Origin: Amoebophrya sp. A120
Lineage: Eukaryota > Protista > Dinoflagellata
Direction of reading: 5' to 3'
Assembly: GCA_905178155.1 (NCBI GenBank)
Contig: CAJINV010000041.1
Coordinates: 36,014 to 71,202 of the forward strand
Length of the DNA stretch: 35,189 nt
Positions within the stretch are counted from its first letter, which is position 1. The number at the start of each line of letters is the position of its first letter. Shown here one piece after another: positions 1 to 10,700 of the stretch. Both the position numbers and the translations under genes were made by a program. A model generated the notes under the pieces. That model did not search any database and was not told where the DNA came from. It worked only from the letters and a program-made list of their open reading frames with translations.

Positions 1-560
1 GGGCCGAGCCGAAATCGACGTCCGGGCCGACGTCGATTTCGCGGGCCAAGCCGAAATCGACGTCCGGGCCGACGCCGCGGGCCAACCATACCAAGGAAGC
101 CCCTGCGCCCGCGCTCCTCGACGGCATGGCGCCCCCGGGCCGACGCCGCGGGCCAACCATACCAAGAGAGCCCCTGCGCCCGCGCTCCTCGACGGCATGG
201 CGCCCCCGGGCTCGCCATATGCGAGCACCCGGCACCCGGAGCGCCGCGAAATGCGCAAGCCGAAGGCCGGACGCGTTGCGAAATGTGAGGCACCAGCATC
301 CGGGACGCCCCTGCACCCGTTGCCCAGACGGTGCGGCGCGCCAGAGCCCGCCCGACAGGTATCCGGGGGCGCCTGGCTGTCTGCTCGCTTTCTGTAAAAG
401 CAGAGGGCGCCGGGCGGCCTGAGGAGGCAGGCAACCTGGCAGCCGCTCTTCAAAATGCCCGGCCGCCGCTGGCGCCGCGCTGGCCGACCCCGCTGGCCGA
501 GGCCTTCGCCCAGCAGCGCGGGAGCGGACCTGCAGGGGCAAAAGCTTCCCCTCCTGCCTG
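1..560. repeat. GC-rich repeat region with hairpin and 71-bp tandem duplication (probably part of a non-autonomous element, truncated by window edge)
   Basis: 13-bp perfect inverted repeat 10-22/29-41 (cgaaatcgacgtc); 71-bp period duplication about 64-208; ORFs here are low-complexity P/R/A-rich. Confidence 0.6.
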
Positions 561-836
561 ATGTGGTCGGCGGGCCCGTTCGGGGCTTGGGCTTCAACCT
601 GCCCGACGCAGTCGGGCGTCTTTTTCTGAGTTCGTTTCGCGTCGAACAGACCCGCCTCCGCCTCTCCCACTTTTTGCGCCTGGGTGATCGATTTTGCCGC
701 GGCAGCGTTCCACGCCACAAATGCCGCGCAATTGAATGGCGCCGCGGTTTACGAAGTCGATGTTGCTCAGGCCCCTGCGGCTGGTTTTTTGGCCTGGCTC
801 AGGAATTCTGGTGTGGCCGTGCTTGTCCAGATGATA

Positions 837-3101
837 TCGAGGCGAAAACCCGCGAGCGCGATGAAATATCAGGGTGAAATATTCCGTCTCCTCCCATTCT
901 CGACTGAAAGAGCAGGACACGTATCTTTGCACGAGTCGTCTTTGTCATGCACATCGAGCAGTACGCAAGTTTTACCTCTGACTCTAGGTGCCTTCCATTT
1001 TTGGCATGCCTCTTCTGCAACTGTAGGAAAAGGGCTGTTCCGGATGCAACACGGCATTGCATTGCAGTGCTTCGTAGTGAGTTCCACCCGCAAACACTTG
1101 CTTGCACCGGTACGGCATATCAGAGTTTTCTTCGGGTATTGGGGACGTTGGATTTTGCATCACGATACCTGCAGGTGGCTAAGCTGAAAGCCGAGCGCGA
1201 CTCACTTCTGAGCGACAATCTCCAGCTGCATATCCAGGAAAAACGTACGTATTACAACATAGGCTGATGTGATTGGCATTGTCGCTGCAGAGGTACTAAA
1301 CGACTGTATACGCCTGTCCATCTATCGAACATTGGCGATTGCATGCTCACTTATGCATGGATAGTGCTGAATACAGTGGATAGCGCTGAATTCAGACCTT
1401 ACGAAAATTTACTGCCATGGGAAAAGAATTGCATATCAGCACACCCACGGTCCGTACACTTTTTCGCAGGATAGTATAGGAAGCGTTGCATACCATGTTG
1501 AAAAATGGTCGCAGCATTCGAAATCTGTCATGCCGTAACGGACCAAGAAGAAAACTGCAATGCATTTCTGATGTCACAAAGCGTTCCGTGCTTCATCCTC
1601 GGATTTGTTCACAACGGGGTGTGCATACTTTTCTAGCTGGCAGTCTTTGTGTGCACATTGGTATGAAGAAGGACTCACTATGCTACGAGCACTTTTCTCA
1701 TCGATGCAGCAAGACCACAAAGAGCTCCTGAAAAAGCAGACCGATAAGGTGACCAGACTGGATACCCCGTGTAAAATTATTCCCGCTGTATGCATGAACA
1801 CCGTTCCTAATGCACAAGTTTCTCCATAAATGTAGGAGTTGCGCAAAAATTATTCATCAGGAAGCGCAATTTTTTTCACAAATCAGAGACGCGTGGAGTG
1901 ATGGTGGATAATTCTGATGCTGAGCTACAAGTCCTTGCGCAGTTGCTGCGAAGTTTGCTAGCTGTCCAGCCATATAACGTTTGGATATGGACCGGGAAAA
2001 GTTTTACACGGGATTCCAAAAACTGAGGTGACCGACCTGAATATCGAGGAAAAAAACAAACCCATCACCAACTTGCAATTGTATACATGAAGGGCAAGAA
2101 TGTGATGTCTGGCATGATCAAAACTCTTGCCTGTGATGCACCTGCATAACCGTCGAGGCAGGCTTGAAACTACGTGGCCGTCCTGCATTTTTGCGCAGCA
2201 CGACATGCATTTTTGTATCACAGATTCGTAAGACGGTGCTGGTGGTGTACTCTTTTCCTTCGATATTGCCCGGACAGGTGGAAGAGGCCCGGGAAAAGGC
2301 TGCGTCTCTGCAAAAACAAGTCGACGAGCTAGACATATGCTGCGCAAAAGTACATCCTCGTTCCAGATTCTTATCATACCTTCCGTGCCTTTCTTCTTGT
2401 TGGTTTTCAGTGCCTTTGCCTTTTTTTACCGCAGCGCTGTTCCTGCTCTCCGAGCGGAAAAAGTCCCCGTTTCCCAGGACAGGAACAAGCGGCTTCTTTT
2501 CGTCATTCGTCGTTGAATGTTGAGAAGCTTGCAATGACATCACAGGTCGGGGAACAATATAATGCATTTACAAACCGTTTTAAGTTTGGTATGGTGGATC
2601 CGTGGATCACGTGTAGTTTGTGCAGAATAAACAATGGAACTCACCAGTGCGAAGATGAACGAAGCCGCCGCTGAACTAGAGGTGAAGAACGTCCAACGCG
2701 AGCTGGAAAAGAAGGGCCAGCAGATCGCCGCGCTGCGCCAGGAGCTAGAGGAGCTGCGAGAGAAAATGACGGAAAAGGACAAAGAGCACGACAAATTCAT
2801 CGAACAACACAAGAACGCCCTCTACCAGAACGACGGGATCACGGACATCAAGCGGAAAAAGGACGTAAATGCGCTCCAGCGGTACATCATGAAGAAACGA
2901 GAGCTGGACGAGGAGGTCCGGAAGGCGCACGAGGAAATCATCAAGGGCTTGTGCGAGGAACTGCGGATGGCCCAAGAAGAGGAGGAAGAACAGCGGAATC
3001 AGAACAAGCGCAAGCAGATGGACGATTTGGAAGAGTTCGACAACGCGTACCAAGGAAAGCGGCAGAAGACGACGGCGCGGGAGGAGGAGCAGAATTCGTG
3101 A
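837..3101 (+). CDS. 3' part of a multi-exon coiled-coil protein of unknown function
   Basis: Heptad-like exons (IEAKTRERDE; VAKLKAERDSLLSDNLQL; EEGLTMLRALFSSMQQDHKELLKKQTDKVTRL; ETEVTDL; NGQVEEAREKAASLQKQVDELD) join in frame to the terminal exon 2635-3101 when TAT..ATA elements + 5 nt are removed; junctions near 1474-1663 unresolved; start not found. Confidence 0.65.
867..1167. mobile_element. degenerate introner-type intron
   Basis: tatcagggtgaaa...ttttgcatcacgata ends; DR decayed (tgaaa/cctgc) but removal of element+5 nt keeps coiled-coil frame. Confidence 0.5.
1231..1473. mobile_element. degenerate introner-type intron (family B-like)
   Basis: tatccaggaaaaacgtacg ... cgtacactttttcgcaggata imperfect inverted ends; DR decayed. 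Confidence 0.5.
1763..2015. mobile_element. introner-type intron
   Basis: TIR ccgtgtaaaattattcccg / cgggaaaagttttacacgg; +5 nt removal gives RLETEVTDL in frame. Confidence 0.7.
2042..2265. mobile_element. introner-type intron
   Basis: tatcgaggaaaa ... ttttccttcgata; flanks ctgaa/ttgcc; frame restored (DLNGQVEEAREK). Confidence 0.7.
2336..2629. mobile_element. introner-type intron
   Basis: tatgctgcgcaaaagtaca ... tgtagtttgtgcagaata; flanks agaca/aacaa; frame restored (ELDMELTSAK). Confidence 0.7.
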
Positions 3102-4778
3102 TCGGGGTCGGGGAGACAAGGGGTTGTCATAGGTCGGAGGTGATGATCACGAAAACGAAAAATAGCACAAATTGAATCATAATCCTCACGCAAAGTCTAT
3201 CTTCGAGGCAAACAGCTTTTCAACAGGTTACAACTTTGTTGTTCCAAGAAAAAATTACAAATTGACTCAACTTTACTAATCGTGTTTTAGCAATTTACTA
3301 ATCGTGTTTTACCAAGTGAAGCGACTTCTCCTATTTGCCAGATTTCGTACAGCATCACAGATTATATTACCGTTTGTTTCAAATTCACCTTGACAAAATC
3401 CATTTCAAAAATTCTATGAAGAGCTTTTCCGTTTGCAACAGACACGTACATCATGACAGACGAAAAATACAGTCAGGTTTCATTTAACGACTTTCTCCAA
3501 ATTGCAATCAACGTTTCGCACTCCTGAGTTTCACACTTTTATGCCGGGGGACGAGCAACGTTGCTGCTGTGCTACTAGTACGGTGACTTCAACGCAGGTT
3601 CCTGCATGCTCCGAAACTTGTGATGCAAAGAAGGGTTTGTTCTGTCATGCAATCCTAGAGACTTTGGGACTTCGTCGCCCTGCTGCGCCCAAATCGACGT
3701 GCTTCAGTGCCTTACTGTGTTTGGTTTATACTAGCAGCGTTACAACTCCCCCTGCATACAAAAACGAGCAAAAACCTACCGGAAATTAACAGCCAAAATA
3801 TTGTAAAAACGCAAAGCAGAAGGACCGGGAACAAGAAGTTAATGTTATGTTACTAACGCACCGAAATTCAAATTATCGATGTTGCACAGGTTTCTGTTTC
3901 AAGTTTCAATCAGTTTCATCAGAAAGTTTACCACCAAGAGTAGAATACAGACGACAATACAAGGCAGGCAGCTTGTTTATTTGACAGACAAAGACACAGA
4001 TCAGGGTTTTGTATCACGACTTTTCCTCGGAACCAAAATTAATCCAAAGATGGAACTCACGCTACTTAGGAATAATACACCACCAACAAGCAAACGATTT
4101 AGGAATACACCAGCAACTAGAAAATACAGAACACAAGCTTTCATCAAGACGACAGGAAAACAAATGAAGTGCTTTCCTTCCATGAGATGCAAAGCAGCAC
4201 CTAAAATTGCAAATTCTGAAGCCTTAGAAGACTCCCTTTACGCGTAGCTTTTTTGCAAAATAAAAATGTACACTGGGAAAGCAAAAAGTGCGGACCTGTA
4301 TATATGAAAAAGCAACTGTACACTAGTAGCCGCAGAAAATCAAAGTCTGCGACTTCGCTGCCTAAGCGGAATAGCTGCAACCTTGTTGTGCAATCGATGG
4401 ATCGATGTGACCGGTGTGTTCTACTCCGGAAAGCTAGTAGAAACTGTGTACTTGTCCAACTCCTCATCCCGATCAACCGAGAGACGGTCTTTACGCTGCG
4501 GTCGGTTTTTTTTGTTCTGCTTTTTCTTCGTTCTCCTGAAAACAGTAGAGTAAATATGCGTTTCGCTATGCCTTTATCATCTAGGGTGGTTTTTCTGATC
4601 GGTGGCGGAAATGACGTTGTCTAAGTGCTACAACATGCGGCGGCGGTGGTCGGTTTCTTGTCTTCCCGTCGAGTCGCGAAGCGGTTCTTCTTGGAGGTGT
4701 TGTTCACGGCCCTTTGCACAGCCCGTGGCGCCAGTTTTTTCCTTTTGCGAGTAGACAGTCCGGTCCGCTGAGGAAACC

Positions 4779-7700
4779 ATGAGTGACGCGCAGCGGGATC
4801 AAGCGCCACTGCTTCCGAACGGGCCGCAGGAGGACACGAATGCGGGAATGCAACGGCCGACCACCCCCGCATCGCGCGATGATGCTGGATCTTTACTACA
4901 ACCTGTGCAACAGAGCGACCCGGTAGCGGCTACCACAGCTCCCTCCGCACCTGGAAATCCGGAAGAACCCTCGTCCCGCGCGGGAAATGCGCAGCAAGAA
5001 CTGGAAGAACACGACGCACAGCTGTATCGCCTGAAAGAAGAGCATGTCCAGGGTTCGGTGTCAGTTCCTAATTTGAAAGTAAACTTGCAGGTGTGCTCGT
5101 GAAAGAACTCGGTACAAGATGTTGTAGTAGTGAAAGCAGCTTGTTGATTCCAGATGCGGAAAAAGTACTTACTAATGCGGAGGCATCAGAATCTGCAGTG
5201 AGACTGATACTCCCTGGACGTGCACATGTTTGTTTTCCATGAGCCGCAAGTTGCGGCTGGACGCAGCGTCGCGCAGCTGGGGGAAACGATACTGGAAGAA
5301 CGGCAGAACCCTATTCCGAGCAGGCACATTACATCGCATGAACCCGTTGGTCTACAAACACCGGTGTTGAACGCAGCGGTGGTGGGATCGCAATCGCAGC
5401 CTAGTCGGCAACCACTTGAACAAGAAACAACGGCAGATGTACAAGACCCTTCTTCGCTATTTCAACATGGCATAGCGATTCAGCCGAGCGACTTGCGCAT
5501 CGGGATGGAACACTCCCAAGCAAGCCATCTGCGCACCGGAACAGCACTTCTCGGTGGCAGCGTGCACAGTGAGGGTGCGCAGCGCAGTGGCGACGCGGGG
5601 CCCGGCATGATGCACACCACAGCAGGATCTACTTCTCTGCTTGAAACTAACGTGAACACGACGTCACCGTCTAATAAGCTGCGAACGGGGAAATCCCAGT
5701 CCGGTAACGTGCACATAGCGCAGTCTAGCAGCGTGGGATCGCAGCCGAGCAACGTGTATCTGGCGCAGTCTAGCAGCCGGCAGACCGGCGGTGGATCCCG
5801 GCCGAGCAACGTGGGTTTTGCGCAGTCTAGCAGCCTGCAAAGCAGAGTTGGATCGCAGCCGAGCAACGTGTATGTGGCGCAGTCTAGCCACCCCCGCACG
5901 GGTGGGACCGAATCGCGCAACGCACAGGTGAATATCTCTGTGCAGAGCCGCGCTGCGCCGGGGGCTCAACTGCAGAAGACAACTAATCTAGTACAGAATA
6001 GTGGTTCATCACAGCCGAACATGGACGCAGCTCTGCACCAACCCACACTACCGCCTGCAACGGCGTCCAACATTGATCCAGCACAAGGACACGACTCCGC
6101 GGTCCAGCGCGGAGCCCAGCGGCCACCCCTGGCACAGCAAGAACGGGCCTCACAGCCAATCAACCACCCGCGGCGCAGCGAGTTGCGGTCCGAAAATTCC
6201 TCTCATGATACCTTTCCTGTGAGAGGACTTTTTGCCGCAACGTCGGCATCGTCCCACGCCCCCACGGCGACGAGCACCGGCAATGAACTTTTTGCTCCTC
6301 CATCTGCTGGCGTTTTCCCACATGCTGGTGCCTCGTCTTCACGCCAACCAAGCAGCGCGACCCAGGCGACGGCTTCGGCTTCAGACAACAGGTTCGCACC
6401 AACTTCCCGCAGCGCCGGTGTGCAGAATTTCTCGTCCCTATCAAATGCAAAAATATCTGGGTCTCAAGTCTGGGGGATTGCAAGATTTGTCATGCGTATT
6501 TTGTATGACCCATAACGCCTGTTGTGCAGGACCTAGCATGACAGGTTCTGTTAGGTCCTATCATGCCTATCCTGCATGAGAAACTTCCTCTCAGCTTGGT
6601 CAAAAGTGGACAGCTTTTGGCATTCATGCAACACAGATTTTTGCACGATCCAGAATTAGCATTACAGGTTGCAACCTTCCAGACCCAGACATTTTTGCAA
6701 TGCATAATCCCAATATGCCGGCAAGACGCAGACCGGAGGATCCCAACCCAGCAACGTTGGAACCGCGAGGCCACGCCGTTCTCCACCAACTGGGGCGACT
6801 GGGTAAACGAATGCTTTTATAACTTTTCTAGATAAGTTCTTGAGGACGTTCTGCCAAAGAAACTGCTCCAGTCGAGTTTTACTAAACAAATTCTTGCTTG
6901 TTCTACGTTTTCAGTATGTCGGAAAATAAGCTCTATTTCGTTTTGATGCTTCTAAAGAACACGAAGACACCACGAGAAACTCAACAGGTTACTTGTGGAC
7001 CGCACACACGACGAAGCTGCGGCTGCACAGATCGGGGAATCGCGGCCTCCGAGAGTAACAGGGCACTTCAACCGACTGCAAGCCCGGATCAGACGCCTCG
7101 GAGGAACTGTAACAGACGGGGGTTCGCAACCTAGCAGTGCACAACCCGGCACTTCGTCCTCCAGCAGCAGTCTATTCCATATAAAAGTGCACCCAGCCTG
7201 GGACGAAGCTTTCTATACTTCCCGGACTCCCACAAAAAACTTGGGTACTTTCTGGCATTCAAGAAACAAGTTTTCTTGGTGGCTGATGCTGAAAAAAAAA
7301 CTGAGAAAGTGACGCTGTGAAACCTAGAAATCAACGGACTCCGCTCGGGCAACGTCGTTTAAGGTTTCCCGGGAAACCTTCGGCGTAGCTCGTGCTAAAG
7401 TGTGTCGCAATGCAACCGAAAAGGCGGCGCGCGCATGGACTCCGCTGCTGTTTGTGTACACAACCGCGCCGCGTCTGTGTTGCAGTCTCTTGTGCCCAAA
7501 GCGCCGCAGACGGCTGCGGATTGCGAGCAACCTGGCGGCCCCGGCAAACCGGCGCACATTTTCGCCTGGCCTAACTTGGGCCGCTTCAGACGATCTTCCG
7601 CCGGTGGCACGGCCTCGCTTTGGGCGGAGGATTTTCCAGCGGATTCGTCAGAGGGCCCGAAGATCCTCTGTCGGGTCCTCTGGCCCAATTTGGACCGCCT

Positions 7701-10700
7701 CGGGCGGCCTTTCCCCGATGGCACGGCCTCGATTTGACCAGAGGACTTTGCAGAGGACCCGTCAGAGGACCCGAAGATCCTCTGTCGGGTCCTCTGGCCC
7801 AATTTGGACCGCCTGGAGCGACCTTCCCCCGGCGGATCCCCTGGGGGAAGGCGGATCCCCTGGGGGAAGGCGGATCCCCGGGGAACGGGCGGATCCCCGG
7901 GGAACGGGCGGATCCTCGGGGAGCGGGCGGATCCCCTGGGGGAAGGCGGATCCCCGGGGCGCGGGCGGATCCCCTGGGCGAAGGCGGATCCCCTGGGCGA
8001 AGGCGGATCCCCGGGGAACGGGCGGATCCCCGAGGAGCGGGCGGATCCCCTGGGCGAAGGCGGATCCCCGGGGAGCGAGCGGACCCCCGAGTAACGGGCG
8101 GATCCCCTGGGCGAAGGCGGATCCCCGGGGAACGAGCGGATCCCCGAGCAGCGGGCGGATCCCCGGGGAACGGGCGGATCCCCCAAAAAAATCCACAAAG
8201 CGAAATCACGACGCTATGCCTATTTTTTTCCCGTCATTCTAAACACAAAAAAACCACGCTGCCGCCGTGGTTTGTTGGCTTAGGTCTCAGAGCGTCAGGG
8301 TCTCAAAAAAAAACCTGAAAAACTTGTGATACTGTCCTGCCAAAGCATAGTTTTTTGCGAAACAAAGACTTGCAACGCCGATTATTTGATTTGCAAAGTG
8401 TCGTTGGGCTCACTTTATTTCCTTTTGATGCAATGTCCCGTCCCAACCTGCGCAGCCAGGCCACTCGCAACCGTCTCTGCTTGGCGCGAATGCACAAGGG
8501 CAGCACAGTATGCAAGAAAACAAGAGCAGTTGTGTTTATGTCTATCAAACATTTTCTGACGAGAACAGCACCTACGGGCTGGCACGACAAGAAAATATCG
8601 CCATTGACGAGGACCACGACAGCACTGTTGTAAGAACATAATTCACCACATTGCATCCCCTTTTACTTTTAGGCACAACGAGCAGGAGTGTGACTGCCTA
8701 GTAATTTTTTTGCAATAGAAGAAACAGGAGACACAATAAACACAGCCCGGCTTATTTTCTTGGATACGAAGTAAAGCTGTAGCTCCAGCCGTCGCGGACC
8801 AGGAGATCAACATCCCCTACCCAGACTTCGAGCAGTTTTTCGACACGGAGCTAACCCGCGCAAGAAACGAAAGACGGAGCAGCATGCAATCCCTGTCGGA
8901 GCGTTCTCCCGGCGGAACCTGCGACGCCGCGTACGTGGAAGGCCTGGAGAGGCAGGTGGAGAACTTGAAGTGGGACATCGAAAACACCACCAAAACCGCA
9001 CGTGCAATGTGCGTCGCCGACGTTATCAAATGCAAATATGTTTGGGTCTGGAAGATTGCTAGGTTTGTCATGCATATTTTGTATGACCCACGATGCCTGT
9101 AATGCATGACCTAGTATGATTATCACAGACTTTATTTAGAGGGCACTCTCCCCTGCTCCGCATGAGAAATGCCCTCCCCACGTAGCACAGCCTGTAATCC
9201 TCTACATACAAGATATATTTTGCTCGAATCCAAAGACAGCATCGGAAATTGCACCCTTCCCGACCCAGACATATTTGCAATGCATAAGCATGCAAGGATA
9301 TCTATCTCGTGCAAAATTGATGGCTGGGCTTGAGAAGGCGTAAACGCTCCGCGAGAACGCCGCGGCCGGGCCGAGGACCGAAACTCTGGGGCAACATCCA
9401 GTGGCCGGTCGGCCAACGGTTGCTTTTGAAGGCATGATTTTTTAAAAAAGGAACGAACAGCGAAAATTTAAAAGTATGCTTGGCTGCGCTCTGCAGTCCG
9501 ATTCCCCCAAATGAGCACTTGCATTCGCGGCCCAGACAACATCACAGTGCTTGCATTCGATGTCGGCAAGATTTGGCGCAGCAATTTAGCTGGGAACTGA
9601 CGGAAAACTTTCGGCTGAAACGCCAGACAATCGACTTGGAAAGCGATTTGCGTAAGGAGAAGAAGAGGGCCGCAGCCTTCGAACGGCAGAACGCGGAGCT
9701 GCGTGCGGGAAAAGGGTTGAAAGATGACTTCATCAACCCCTACGCCAATGCCGCACTGGTCACCTATCTCGTGAAGAAGTTTCCCACCGAACTTGAAGGC
9801 GGCACAGATGCCATCCGCATTGAGCACGCCGTCGCGACCGACGCCGCGAGAACCGCAAACTGCCTGATGATGGAGGGTTACTACAACGATCTCCATGTGC
9901 TCGAGGGCTTCGTTCGTGCTGAATACGACAAGCCGGAAATGCTGCCACCAGCGGTACAGGAAGTGCTCCAACGATCCACGCCTACCTTTAGCTCCATAAC
10001 CTATCCTTCATAAAAACGCTCTCACGCGCGCCTAGTGGTCATGACCATTTGCATTTGACGCAAAGGCATTTGTCATGCACCGTGGCACGACGGTGCTCCA
10101 CGCACAACGGGTAGCCAGACAGGTTGTGGTCGCGAGCCGGCGTCTTCAGGTGGAAGACCAATAAAACTGCGAGTATATCACACACATTTCTTCGTGGCGC
10201 GGGTGTGGGAACGTTTTTACCCAGAATGAAGCCGCGCCCAAAGTTGTCTCTACGGCTTCCTCGAGACAGGTCGGCAGCAAGTTTGAGAAGGACGACACCA
10301 CAACGTGGATCTATCCTGTAGCAAAACTGGCCTTCTGGTCTCACACGTTCAGCAAAGTCTGTGGTGCAAAATTTTATTCTACAAATGAGTTTGTCTTGCA
10401 GAAAGGCAAAAAAAGGTTGTGGCATAGGTTTAGGGTTTAGGGTTTTTGGCAGGAGGCGACTTCTCGTCTGTATTCCGGGTCGTATTTTACGTATTTTTCC
10501 AGCCCACTCCTGTCAAGCTGAAATGGCAACGCTTCTGTTTGACCACTACCCACAGCTCCAATCTCGATATCTGGTAAGGCAGGTGTGAGTAGTGTCCGCC
10601 CGCATGATGTTCCGTAAATTTTCCTGCTTCACAGACTGGAGGTTCTTTTTGCTTTGATACAATCACGACAGACTTCACCGACGCAGACCGCACCAGTGCG

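Larger units (their letters stand above)
7302..8305. mobile_element. non-autonomous TIR element (Mutator/MULE-like by 9-bp TSD) nested in an intron
   Basis: 26-bp imperfect TIR tgagaaagtgacgctgtgaaacctag / ttaggtctcagagcgtcagggtctca (20/26); aaaaaaaac at 7293-7301 and 8306-8314; no transposase ORF. Confidence 0.7.
7173..8430. mobile_element. degenerate introner (family D-like) enlarged by a nested insertion
   Basis: tattccatataaaagtgcaccca start resembles the 25485 element; flanks cagtc/caatg in consistent phase; 245 bp remain after subtracting the nested element and its duplication. Confidence 0.6.

Noticed and set aside
3200-4700. Short ORFs and small duplications (tttactaatcgtgtttta x2 near 3272-3311)
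   Set aside because: AT-rich intergenic sequence without the codon bias of real exons; local slippage is sufficient.
7395-8318. Long overlapping ORFs (200-280 aa) on both strands
   Set aside because: Open only because the GC-rich 19-bp and 114-bp repeats lack stop codons.
10428-10446. TTTAGGG telomere-like repeat
   Set aside because: Only about two units, inside a probable intron; too short to call an interstitial telomere.
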